Source: Candidatus Dormiibacterota bacterium (lineage in GTDB: Bacteria > Vulcanimicrobiota > Vulcanimicrobiia > Vulcanimicrobiales > SCRA01). From it: DNA of 64,000 nt. The notes under the pieces are model-generated. The model was given only the letters and a program-made list of their open reading frames with translations, was not told the origin of the DNA and did not search any database. The stretch is taken from NCBI GenBank assembly GCA_035533275.1, contig DATLUD010000008.1, forward strand, positions 123,198-187,197, read 5' to 3'. Shown here piece by piece: positions 35,182 through 44,016 of the stretch. The translations under genes and the position numbers were made by a program. How positions within the stretch are numbered: position 1 is the first letter of the stretch; each line of letters begins with the position of its first letter.

Positions 35182-37143
35182 ATGCGCCTTCTCTTCGGCC
35201 TCGCTGCCGCTCTGCTTTGCCTGGCCACGCCCGTCGGCGCCGCCGACGCTCCGCCGTACGGCTTCGGCCCGCGAGGCACCGCACGCGAGCTGGCCGTCGA
35301 GCAGACGTTCCTGACCGTTCCGAGCGAGGCGGGAGCGGCGGCCTCCACGGCGGCGCTGGACTCGTACGCGCGCTTCGACGGCACGTGGGGCGACGGCGAG
35401 AGCGCCCGCTGGATGGCCGCCCAGCTCGCCTCCTTCGGCTGGCAGACGCGCCTGGCGCCCTTCCAAGCACCGCTCGAGTCGCCAAAACGCCTGGAGATCG
35501 AGCTCCTCTCCCCGCACCGCGAACGCTTCGACCTGCGCGAGGGCACGGGGTCGGGGGATCCGGCGGACATCCGCCCCGCCGCCGGCATCCCGTTCAACTA
35601 TGGGAGCCCTGACGGCGACGTGCGCGGACCGCTCGTCTACGCCAACCGGGGCGCCGGCCCGGACTACGCCGCCCTGGCGCGCGCCGGCGTGAGCGTGAAG
35701 GGCGCGATCGTGGTGGTGCGCGACGGGGGCGGCTACCAAGGGGACCTCGCCCAGCGCGCCCAGCGCGCCGGGGCCGCCGCGGTGATCTTCTATCCGGACC
35801 CGGCCGACGACGGATCGGGTCGCGGCCCCACGTTCCCCGCCGGGCCGTGGCGCCCGCTCGACTCCACCGAGCGCGGTGCGGTGACCACGCGGCACCCGCT
35901 CACGATCCCCACGCTCCCCGTGACCCCGCGCGTGGCGGCGGCGCTCCTCGCCGCCGTGCCGGGCCGCGACGCGCCCCGCGCGTGGCGCGGCGCCCTGCCC
36001 GTGCGTTACCGGATGGGGCGCGGAGGCAGGGCGCGCCTGGTGGTCCAGCTGAAGCGCCACGAAGGGCGGCTCGTCAATGTGATTGCGACGCTCCCCGGCC
36101 GGCGCGCCGATGTCGCCATCGTCCTGGGGGCTCACCGCGACGCGTGGGGCTACGGCGCCGCCGAGGACGGCAGCGGCATCGTGACGCTGCTGGAGACGGC
36201 GCGGGGCCTGGGCTACCTCTACGGCGCGGGGTGGCGGCCGGAGCGCACCATCGTCATCGTGGGCTTCGACGGCGCGGAGATCGGCGAGACCGGCTCGTAC
36301 GCCTTCGCCTTCGCCCACCAGCTCCAGGCGCGCGTCGCCGCTTACCTGGACTGCGACACCTGCGTCACCGGCTCGCGCTTCGAGGCCGACGGGGCGGGGC
36401 CACTGGCGGGCCTGCTGACCTCCGTCTCGCGCGGGGTGCCCGACGCAGCGGGCAACGCGCTCGCCCAGCATTGGAGCGGGCAGGTGGGGCTCCCGAGCGG
36501 CGGCGGAGACGCCGGGGTCTTTCAAGATCTCGCCGGCGTCGCCACGCTCGACCCGCGCTTCGCCGGAGCGTTCGGTGTCGCGCGCTCCGTCTACGACGAC
36601 GCCGCCTGGATGAGCGCCTTCGGCGATCCCGGCTACGCGCGCCACCGCGAGCTGGCGCAGACGCTCGGCCTGCTGGCCCTGCGGCTGGCCGACGCGCGCT
36701 CGCTCCCGTTACGCTGGGCCGCCTACGACGCCGCCCTGAACGAGGGGTTGCGCAGCCTCTCGCTCATGGTCAAGCGCGGCGACCTCCCCATTGACCTCCA
36801 CCCGTTGCGAGAGGCGGTGCGCGCCTTCGAGCGGAGCGCCGCTCGCGCCGACGCGCAGATCGCCGCAGGGGCCATGCCCGACCAGCGCCAGCTCGACGCC
36901 GCCGAGGCCCTGGTGATCCGCGGCGGGAGCGAGGGTCCCCGACAAGCGATCTACGGCGACCACGGAGAGCGCAGCCTCTTCCCCGCGATCGCCAAGCCGC
37001 TGGCCGCCGGCGACGACGCCGCCGTGGAATGGGGGATCGAGCGGACGACCGCGTCGCTGCGGCGAGCCGCGGCCACGCTGGCGCCTCCCCCGCGCCGCGT
37101 TCGAGGATTGCCGGCGCCCGGCGCGCAAACAGCCCGCCCATGA
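35182..37143 (+). CDS. Secreted M28 family metallopeptidase with PA domain (glutamate carboxypeptidase II / transferrin-receptor-like architecture)
   Basis: Inner ATG (MRLLFGLAAALLCLATPVGAADA, a signal peptide) of ORF 35104..37143 with GGAGGA directly upstream. LGAHRDAWGYGAAEDGSG metal-binding motif. Confidence 0.8.
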   Translation: MRLLFGLAAALLCLATPVGAADAPPYGFGPRGTARELAVEQTFLTVPSEAGAAASTAALDSYARFDGTWGDGESARWMAAQLASFGWQTRLAPFQAPLESPKRLEIELLSPHRERFDLREGTGSGDPADIRPAAGIPFNYGSPDGDVRGPLVYANRGAGPDYAALARAGVSVKGAIVVVRDGGGYQGDLAQRAQRAGAAAVIFYPDPADDGSGRGPTFPAGPWRPLDSTERGAVTTRHPLTIPTLPVTPRVAAALLAAVPGRDAPRAWRGALPVRYRMGRGGRARLVVQLKRHEGRLVNVIATLPGRRADVAIVLGAHRDAWGYGAAEDGSGIVTLLETARGLGYLYGAGWRPERTIVIVGFDGAEIGETGSYAFAFAHQLQARVAAYLDCDTCVTGSRFEADGAGPLAGLLTSVSRGVPDAAGNALAQHWSGQVGLPSGGGDAGVFQDLAGVATLDPRFAGAFGVARSVYDDAAWMSAFGDPGYARHRELAQTLGLLALRLADARSLPLRWAAYDAALNEGLRSLSLMVKRGDLPIDLHPLREAVRAFERSAARADAQIAAGAMPDQRQLDAAEALVIRGGSEGPRQAIYGDHGERSLFPAIAKPLAAGDDAAVEWGIERTTASLRRAAATLAPPPRRVRGLPAPGAQTARP

Positions 37144-38450
37144 GCACATTCGCCGAGCGCCGCGCCGAGTTCCGCAAGCGGCTGGGCGGCGGGGTCGTCG
37201 TGATCCCGGCCGCGCCGCATCAGACGCGCAGCAACGACACGCAGTACGAGTACCGCCAGTCGAGCGACCTTCACTACCTGACGGCCTGGCCCGAGCCCGA
37301 TGCGGTGCTCGTGATGACGACGCTCCCCGAGCCGCGCACGGTGCTCTTCGTGCTCCCGCTCGACCGCACGATGGAGATCTGGAACGGCCGGCGGGTCGGC
37401 GTCGATGGCGCCAAGGAGCGCTACGGGGCCGACGAGGCCTACCCCATCGGCGAGCTCGCCCCACGCCTTCCCGACCTGCTGGCCGGACACGAGCGACTCT
37501 GGTACACGCTCGGCGAGAGCGAGCCCATGGACCGCACCGTGCTCGACGCCGTGCGCGCGGTACGCCGCCAGGCCCGCAAGGGCGTGGTCGCGCCCATCGA
37601 GTTCCATGACCCGCGCGTTGTCCTGGCCGAGATGCGCCTCATCAAGACGCCCGACGAGATCGAGATCATGCGCCGCGCGGCGGCGATCACGCGCGACGGC
37701 TTTCTGGCGGGCATGCGCAACACGCGTCCCGGCTTCGGTGAGTACGCCGTCGAGGCACGCATGGAGTACGAGTACTTGGCGCGCGGAGCACAGGCCGTGG
37801 CCTATCCCTCCATCTGCGGCGCGGGGCACAACGCGACGATCCTCCACTACAATACCAACCGCGAGGAGTTGCGCGACGGCACGCTCCTGCTGGTCGACTC
37901 CGCCTGCGAGCTGGACGTCTACGCCACCGACGTCACGCGCACGTGGCCGGTGAACGGCAAGTACACCGCCGAGCAGCGCGCCATCTACGAGATCGTGCTC
38001 CGTGCCCAGAAGGCCGGCATCGAGGCCGTGGCGCCGGGCGCCTCGTTCCGCGCGTATCACAACGCCGCGGTGCGGGTGATCACCGAGGGCTTGGTGGATC
38101 TGGGCCTGCTCAAGGGCGACGTCGACGCGCTGATCGAGCGGGAGAAGTTCACCGACTTCTTCATGCACAACACGGGCCATTGGCTGGGCCTCGACGTCCA
38201 CGACGTTGGCGCCTACAAGATCGCGGGGGAGTGGCGCAAGCTCGAGCCCGGCATGGCGCTGACGGTGGAGCCGGGGATCTACATCCACGGCGACCTCGAC
38301 GTCCCCGAGCGGTGGAAGGGCATCGGCGTGCGCATCGAGGACGACGTGCTGGTCACGCAGACCGGGCGGGAGAACCTGACCGAGTCGATCCCGCGCGAGA
38401 TCGCCGAGATCGAGGCGATGGTCGGCGCCGACGTCTCCGCGCGCGCGTAG
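37140..38450 (+). CDS. pepP: Xaa-Pro aminopeptidase (M24B)
   Basis: Inner ATG (MSTFAERRAEF) of ORF 37029..38450. ATGA overlap with the M28 gene. HYxxN, DVTRTWP, HNTGHWLGLDVHD and EPG metal ligand motifs. Confidence 0.9.
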   Translation: MSTFAERRAEFRKRLGGGVVVIPAAPHQTRSNDTQYEYRQSSDLHYLTAWPEPDAVLVMTTLPEPRTVLFVLPLDRTMEIWNGRRVGVDGAKERYGADEAYPIGELAPRLPDLLAGHERLWYTLGESEPMDRTVLDAVRAVRRQARKGVVAPIEFHDPRVVLAEMRLIKTPDEIEIMRRAAAITRDGFLAGMRNTRPGFGEYAVEARMEYEYLARGAQAVAYPSICGAGHNATILHYNTNREELRDGTLLLVDSACELDVYATDVTRTWPVNGKYTAEQRAIYEIVLRAQKAGIEAVAPGASFRAYHNAAVRVITEGLVDLGLLKGDVDALIEREKFTDFFMHNTGHWLGLDVHDVGAYKIAGEWRKLEPGMALTVEPGIYIHGDLDVPERWKGIGVRIEDDVLVTQTGRENLTESIPREIAEIEAMVGADVSARA

Positions 38451-38487
38451 GCGACTCTCCGATCTTTGTCATCCCGGCTCTGCTACG

Positions 38488-38624
38488 CGGACGGGACGAG
38501 CCTCTCTCGGGGCCACTCGTCGGCGCACATCCCGGTGCGCCTCCTGTTCGCGCCGCATCGGCCCTCTCGACATCATATCTCCGGGCCGATGTCGGAGCGC
38601 CCCTCGTGAGGCTCGTCCCGTCCG
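38488..38624 (-). repeat. Structured intergenic repeat, copy 2 (inverted relative to copy 1)
   Basis: Closing stem cggacgggacgagcctc (38488-38504) pairs perfectly with gaggctcgtcccgtccg (38608-38624). The core 38506-38605, reverse-complemented, is 87/100 identical to 2328-2427 with compensatory changes in the stems. Confidence 0.8.
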
Positions 38625-38673
38625 TGCAGCGCCTTGGTCTCGTGTAGATCGGCGAGGCCCGAGCGCGCTCGAT

Positions 38674-39582
38674 TCAAGGGCGGGGGAGGCTGCGGCGCAG
38701 CGCCTCGTCCGTGGGCGTGAGCGCAAAGCCGGGGAAGATCTCGAAGAGCGCGGCGTTGTCGACGTCGACGTCGAGCGTCAGGAAGCGCACGGCGTCGCGC
38801 GAGAGCGGCGGATTGGGGAGGAGCTCGGCGAGCCACGCCACCAGCATCAGCGGCGGCAGCGGCCCCGGCAGCGCCGGCTTGCGCACGCCCATCAGCGCGG
38901 CCAGCCGCAGCATCAGCTCCTTCATCGTCAGCACCTCGGGGCCGCCGATCTCGATGGCGCGGTTGGCGGCCGCCGGCGATTCCAAGACATCGGCGATCAG
39001 GCGCGCGACATCGCCCACGTAGACCGGCTGGACCTTGCTCGAGCCGCTGCCCATCAGGGGAATGAACGGCGCCATCTTGATCGTGGACGCGAGCACCTCC
39101 ACGGGGCGGCTACCCTCTCCCGCGACGAGCGAGGGCTTGACGAACGTGTATCCGATGCCGCTCTCGCGGATCGCCCGCTCCGCAAGCGCCTTCGCCCGAT
39201 GGCTGGGCAACGGGGAGTCCTCGGAGAGATTGGTGCCGCTGAGGTAGACGAAGCGCTCCACGCCAGCCGGACGCGCGTGGGCGAGCAGATTGCGCACGCC
39301 GCCGAGGTCGATGCGCTCGAAAGTCCAACCCTTGCGGGGCTGCTCGATGGGCGATCCGGGAAACTGCACCGTATCGACCACGGCGGTGCAGCCCTCGACC
39401 GCCGCCTCGAGGGTGGCGGCGTCGGTGACGTCGCCGCGCACCGTCTCGACGCCCTCGCCGAACGAGGGCTCGCGCGAATGGTAGAGCGCGCGCACGCCGT
39501 GGCCGCGCGCCGTGAGCTCGCGCACGACGGCCCTCCCGATGAAGCCCGTGGCCCCGGCCACGAGCACGCGCTCAGCCCTCAT
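38674..39582 (-). CDS. NAD(P)H-binding atypical SDR (NDUFA9/NmrA-like epimerase/dehydratase family)
   Basis: ORF 38674..39582. N-terminus VLVAGATGFIGRAVVREL is a Rossmann motif. Confidence 0.8.
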   Translation of the reverse strand: MRAERVLVAGATGFIGRAVVRELTARGHGVRALYHSREPSFGEGVETVRGDVTDAATLEAAVEGCTAVVDTVQFPGSPIEQPRKGWTFERIDLGGVRNLLAHARPAGVERFVYLSGTNLSEDSPLPSHRAKALAERAIRESGIGYTFVKPSLVAGEGSRPVEVLASTIKMAPFIPLMGSGSSKVQPVYVGDVARLIADVLESPAAANRAIEIGGPEVLTMKELMLRLAALMGVRKPALPGPLPPLMLVAWLAELLPNPPLSRDAVRFLTLDVDVDNAALFEIFPGFALTPTDEALRRSLPRP

Positions 39583-39600
39583 GCGGACCTCCTCGCGCGG

Positions 39601-40527
39601 CTACGAGGGGACGGCCGCGAAATGCTCCAGGTACTTCTCGGCCTCGAGGGCCGCGCGGCAGCCGCTTCCTGCGGCGGTGATCGCCTGCTTGTAGCGGACG
39701 TCGAACACGTCGCCGGCGACGAAGACGCCGCGCACGCTGGTGCTGACGCCGTCGGACGAGCGAACGTAGCCCGCGTCGTCGAGCTCGAGCTGGCCGCGGA
39801 AGATCGCCGTGTTCGGATCATGGCCGATCGCGATGAAGAGCGCGTCGGCCGCGAGCTTCGTGGTCTCGCCCGTCACGACGTTCTGCACCGCGGCTCCCTC
39901 CATCACGGGGTCGCCATAGACGTCCTGGACGATGCTGTTCCAGACGAACTCGATCTTGGGGTGGGCCATCGCGCGATCGGCCATGATCTTGCTGGCGCGC
40001 AGGGCGTCGCGGCGGTGGACGAGGCGCACGCGCCTGCCGAAGCGCGTGAGGAAGATCGCCTCCTCGATCGCCGAGTCGCCGCCGCCCACGACCAGGATCT
40101 CCTTGTCGCGGAAGAAGGCGCCGTCGCACGTGGCGCAGGTGGAGACGCCCCGGCCGCGCAGCCGCGCCTCGTTGGGGAGGCCGAGCCAGCGCGCCGAGGC
40201 GCCGGTGGCCACGATCACCGACTCCGCCTCGAGCTCCTCGTCGCCGACGTAGCAGCGCAGATGCCCGCCCGTGAAGTCGACGCGCGTGCAGTCCTCGTTG
40301 CGGATGCGCGCGCCGAAGCGCTCGGCCTGCGACCGGAAGCGCTCCATCAGCTCGGGGCCCATGATCCCCTCGGGGAAGCCCGGATAGTTCTCGACCTCGG
40401 TGGTGAGCATCAGCTGCCCGCCGTAGAGTCCGCCGGCCAAGACCAGCGGCGACAGATTGGCGCGCCCCGTATAGAGCGCCGCGGTGAGTCCGGCCGGGCC
40501 GGAACCGACGATGATGACCTTCTCCAT
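39601..40527 (-). CDS. trxB: Thioredoxin-disulfide reductase
   Basis: Inner ATG (MEKVIIVGSGPAGLTAALY) of ORF 39601..41415 with AAGGAG upstream. Redox-active CATCDG. GGGDSA NADPH-binding motif. Confidence 0.92.
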   Translation of the reverse strand: MEKVIIVGSGPAGLTAALYTGRANLSPLVLAGGLYGGQLMLTTEVENYPGFPEGIMGPELMERFRSQAERFGARIRNEDCTRVDFTGGHLRCYVGDEELEAESVIVATGASARWLGLPNEARLRGRGVSTCATCDGAFFRDKEILVVGGGDSAIEEAIFLTRFGRRVRLVHRRDALRASKIMADRAMAHPKIEFVWNSIVQDVYGDPVMEGAAVQNVVTGETTKLAADALFIAIGHDPNTAIFRGQLELDDAGYVRSSDGVSTSVRGVFVAGDVFDVRYKQAITAAGSGCRAALEAEKYLEHFAAVPS

Positions 40528-40641
40528 AGCGACTCCTTCAACCCGGGCGGCACCGCCTCCGGTTGCTCCCGGCGAGGCCGCCGCGCGTGCTCCGGCGAAC
40601 AGGGCGCCGTGGCCCCCCTCGAAGACGATTATACCGACATC

Positions 40642-41430
40642 ATGCGCAAGGCCCAGCGCGGTACCGGCAAGGATACCGGGAGCCTCGCGGCCGAGACGGG
40701 CCTCGACGCGGCGTTCCTGCGCGGCGTGGCCCGCGGGGAGATGCGCCCGAGCGAGGACCAGGCGCGGGAGATCGCCCGGGCGCTGGCCCTCGATCCCGGC
40801 AAGTTCGCCGACGCCGTCTATCAGCGGTGGCATCCCTCGGTCGCCATCCCCGACGACGTGCGCCACCACATCAACGCCCCCCACCCCAGCAACGGCTATC
40901 TGCTCTACCTGGAGCAGACGCGGATCGCGGCGCTGGTCGACCCCGCCGGTATGCCCACGCGCCTCATCCGCGCCGTGGCCGACGGGCCGTTCCACCTGCG
41001 CTACGTGCTGATCACGCACAAGCATGCCGACCACTGCGACGCCACCGCCGACGTGGCGCGCGCCTTCCCCGACGCGCAGATCCTCATCCACCGTGAGGAC
41101 GCGCACGCCATCGGCGACCTCGCCCATCGCGCGCTGCAGCTGCGCGACGAGGAGCACGTGCCGTTCGGCGAGGCGGAGATCCGCGTGCTCCACACGCCGG
41201 GGCACACGGACGGCAGCGTCTGCTACCTCTTCCGAAACCTCGTCTTCACCGGCGATACGCTGTTCGCGGGGAGCGTCGGCGGGGTCTTCTCCGACGTCTT
41301 CACCTACGACGACCTCCTGCGCAACATCCGCCTGCGCCTCTTCACCCTCGACGAGGCGAGCGTGGTCCTGCCCGGGCACGGGCCGCCCTCGACCGTCGCC
41401 GAGGAGCGGGCGCACAATCCCTTCTTCTAG
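40642..41430 (+). CDS. MBL-fold metallo-hydrolase with N-terminal HTH-like extension
   Basis: C-terminal part of ORF 39199..41430; ATG at 40642 or GTG at 40609. ITHKHADH metal motif, HTPGHTDGS, GD. The N-terminal ~60 aa are XRE-HTH-like (GSLAAETGLDAAFLRGVARGEMRPSEDQAREIARAL). Confidence 0.75.
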   Translation: MRKAQRGTGKDTGSLAAETGLDAAFLRGVARGEMRPSEDQAREIARALALDPGKFADAVYQRWHPSVAIPDDVRHHINAPHPSNGYLLYLEQTRIAALVDPAGMPTRLIRAVADGPFHLRYVLITHKHADHCDATADVARAFPDAQILIHREDAHAIGDLAHRALQLRDEEHVPFGEAEIRVLHTPGHTDGSVCYLFRNLVFTGDTLFAGSVGGVFSDVFTYDDLLRNIRLRLFTLDEASVVLPGHGPPSTVAEERAHNPFF

Positions 41431-41457
41431 CCCATCGGAGCCGCGCGAGTGCGCGCG

Positions 41458-42219
41458 CTACGTGCGCAGCTTGTGCCCGGCGCGCACCATGGCGTAGGCG
41501 ACGGCGTAGGCGATCACCATCAGCACGGCCACCACCGTGAGCGAGATCCACAAGCCCACGTCTGACTGCCCGGTGTAGCTGTACCGGAACGCGTCGATGG
41601 TGTAGAAGATCGGGTTGAGCAGCGAGAGGCGCGCCACCAAGGGCGGCAGCAGGTGGATCGAGGTGAAGACGCCGCCCACGAAGACCAGCGGCGTGATGGC
41701 GAACGTCGTCAGCACCGCTATGTTGTCGTACTTCTCGGCCATCAGGCCGAAGATGATGCCCAGTGCCGAGAAGAGCACGGCCACGGCCACCAGCACGAGC
41801 GCGTAGAGCAGCCAATGCGCGGGTGCCGTATGCAGGAGCAGCACGCCCAGCACCATGATGACGTTGGCGATCAGGAACGCCCGCAGCACGCTCCCGAAGA
41901 CGTAGCCGAAGACGATCTCCCCAGGGCTCATCGGAGCCACGAGCATCTCCTGGATCGCCAGCGTGAAGCGGGCCTGGAAGACGGAGCTCGACGACTCACC
42001 GTAGGCGCCGTCGATCACTTGCATCATCACGAGGCCCGGCAGCAGGAACTGCGCGTAGCTCACGCCCTGGATGCCTTTGATCCGGCTCCCAAGCGCGAGG
42101 CCGAAGACGAAGACGTAGAGCAGCGTGGAGATGATCGGCGGCCAGATCACCTGGTTGATGATCTGGAAGCTGCGCTTCATCTCGCGCTTGACCAGCGTCC
42201 ATAGGCCGACGGCGTTCAT
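41458..42219 (-). CDS. ABC-2 type transporter permease
   Basis: ORF 41458..42219. Six predicted TM helices. ATGA overlap with the ATPase gene. Confidence 0.85.
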   Translation of the reverse strand: MNAVGLWTLVKREMKRSFQIINQVIWPPIISTLLYVFVFGLALGSRIKGIQGVSYAQFLLPGLVMMQVIDGAYGESSSSVFQARFTLAIQEMLVAPMSPGEIVFGYVFGSVLRAFLIANVIMVLGVLLLHTAPAHWLLYALVLVAVAVLFSALGIIFGLMAEKYDNIAVLTTFAITPLVFVGGVFTSIHLLPPLVARLSLLNPIFYTIDAFRYSYTGQSDVGLWISLTVVAVLMVIAYAVAYAMVRAGHKLRT

Positions 42220-43160
42220 CGCGTGCCTCGCTTGGTCAGCTCGAGGAAGACGTCCTGGAGCGTCGCGTGCTCGGTGTTGATCGCCTCGACCACCATGCCG
42301 CTACGGGTCAGGAGCGCCAGGACCTCGCCCACGCGCGCCGGTGAGAGCCCCTCGAAGCGCAGACGGCAAGCGTCTTCCGCGTCCGGACGCGCGCCCAAGG
42401 CCGCCAGCTCCGGAGGCACAACGGTCAGCGGACGGGAGAGGGAGATCGTCAGCCCCTCACGGGCATGACTGCGCAGCAGCTGCTCCGTGGTTTCGAGCGC
42501 CACCATGCGGCCGCCCTCGATGATGCCGATCCGCTCGCAGAGCGCCTCGGCCTCCTCCAAGTAATGCGTCGTCAGGACGATGGTCTTGCCCTCGCGCCGC
42601 AGGGCGCGCAGCGTCTCCCAGAGCTCGAGCCGCAGCTCCACGTCGACGCCGGCGGTGGGCTCGTCGAGGATCACGATCTGCGGATCGTGCACCAGCGCCC
42701 GTGCCAGCGTCAAACGGCGCTTCATGCCCCCCGAGAGCTGCGGCGGAAAGGCGCCCGCCTTGTCCGCGAGGCCGAAGCGCTCGAGCAGCGCGTCGACCCG
42801 CGTGGCGACCTGCTTGGGACGGAGCCCGTAGTACCCGGCTTGGTAGAACAGGATCTCGCGCACGCGCAGGTAGCGGTCGAAGTTGTACTCCTGAGGCGCC
42901 AGGCCGATCAATGCGCGCGCGGCGCGCCAGTCGCGCTCGACGTCGTGGCCGAAGACGGCGATGCGTCCCGCGTCGATGCGCGCGAGCCCCACGATCGCGT
43001 TGATCGTCGTGGTCTTGCCGGCGCCGTTGGGTCCCAGAAAGCCGAAGAAGTCGCCGCGCCCGATCGTGAACGAGATGCCGTCGACCGCGATCTCGTGACC
43101 GTAGCGCTTGACCAGTCGGTGGACTTCGATCGCCGGCGCCCCAGCAGGCGCGGCGTCCAT
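42216..43160 (-). CDS. ABC transporter ATP-binding protein
   Basis: Inner ATG (MDAAPAGAPAIEVHRLVKRYG) of ORF 42216..43970. Walker A GPNGAGKTT, signature LSGGMKRR, Walker B ILDEP. Its start overlaps the upstream stop (TGATG). Confidence 0.9.
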   Translation of the reverse strand: MDAAPAGAPAIEVHRLVKRYGHEIAVDGISFTIGRGDFFGFLGPNGAGKTTTINAIVGLARIDAGRIAVFGHDVERDWRAARALIGLAPQEYNFDRYLRVREILFYQAGYYGLRPKQVATRVDALLERFGLADKAGAFPPQLSGGMKRRLTLARALVHDPQIVILDEPTAGVDVELRLELWETLRALRREGKTIVLTTHYLEEAEALCERIGIIEGGRMVALETTEQLLRSHAREGLTISLSRPLTVVPPELAALGARPDAEDACRLRFEGLSPARVGEVLALLTRSGMVVEAINTEHATLQDVFLELTKRGTR

Positions 43161-43990
43161 CAGCGCAACGCGGCCCGATGGAGCGGAAGCGCCAGCGCCC
43201 ACGGCCCGGCACCGGCTCGGCCGAAGTCGTACAAGTCGATGGCGTCGACGAAGATCTTTGCGCGCTTGAGGACCGCGCACGCGGTGGGCATGCGCACGTC
43301 CATCACCACGTGGCGCGGCGCCAACGCCAGACACCCCGCGGCGAGCCACATCTCGCGCGCCAGCGCGACCACCTCCACGCCTTGCATCGCGGCGCCGCTC
43401 ACCAGATCCGGCGCCGCCACCACGGCCTCGGCGTCGACGGGCGAGAAGACGTCTCCCAGGTGCGAGACGCCGGGCGCGAGCCGCGCCTCGCGGATCTCGA
43501 GGCCGAATGGCTGCGCGAAGGCGGCGAGCTGCTCGATGGCGGCGGCGTTGGTCGCGCCCGTGCGCGCCGCCACCAAGCGGTTCCCCATGACGACGGCGTC
43601 GCGCGCGTCGAAGATCCCCGGGCCCTCCACCGCGCCGAGCACGCGCACTCCGCGCCGCTCGAGAAGGGCCTTCACGGCCTCTTCCTCGCCGCGGCGCTCG
43701 CCCTCGACCAGACGCGCCATCACCACACCTCCCGGCAGGGCGATCGCCGTCGAACGCACGAGCGTGGAGAGGGCGAAGCGCTCGTCCGGCTCGAGCTCCA
43801 CCACGTCGACGCGATTGCGCTTGAGCGTGCGCACGAAGACCTCGTGCTCCATCCGCGCGCGCGCCGCGAACGGGGGGCCCTCGCCGAAGATCGGCTTGGC
43901 GCGCTCGAACCCCGCGTCGGGAGCCGCCACCACGGCGGTGAGCAGACGCCCGGCCTCGTGGCTCACGCATGCCGTCGTCGCTACATCCAT
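43160..43990 (-). CDS. Pentein-fold protein, dimethylarginine dimethylaminohydrolase / amidinotransferase family-like
   Basis: Inner ATG (MDVATTACVSHEAG) of ORF 43160..44551. Overall DDAH-like pattern (MEHEVFVRTLKRNRVDVVEL, GVSHLGDVFSPV). The C-terminus reads DFGRAGAGPWALALPL where I expect the GG-x-x-C catalytic motif. Confidence 0.55.
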   Translation of the reverse strand: MDVATTACVSHEAGRLLTAVVAAPDAGFERAKPIFGEGPPFAARARMEHEVFVRTLKRNRVDVVELEPDERFALSTLVRSTAIALPGGVVMARLVEGERRGEEEAVKALLERRGVRVLGAVEGPGIFDARDAVVMGNRLVAARTGATNAAAIEQLAAFAQPFGLEIREARLAPGVSHLGDVFSPVDAEAVVAAPDLVSGAAMQGVEVVALAREMWLAAGCLALAPRHVVMDVRMPTACAVLKRAKIFVDAIDLYDFGRAGAGPWALALPLHRAALR

Positions 43991-44016
43991 CACTGCCTCA
44001 GACACAAGGGCTGTTC

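Noticed and set aside
34966-36645. N-terminal 560-aa extension of the 969-aa ORF 33736..36645
   Set aside because: Only the C-terminal 409 aa are hydrophobic and MFS-like. The extension is antisense to the M28 peptidase gene, which has its own signal peptide, strong SD and metal-binding motifs.
39199-40608. N-terminal ~470 aa of the 743-aa + ORF 39199..41430
   Set aside because: This part is antisense to the epimerase and trxB genes. The only real coding part is the C-terminal HTH-MBL protein starting at about 40609/40642.
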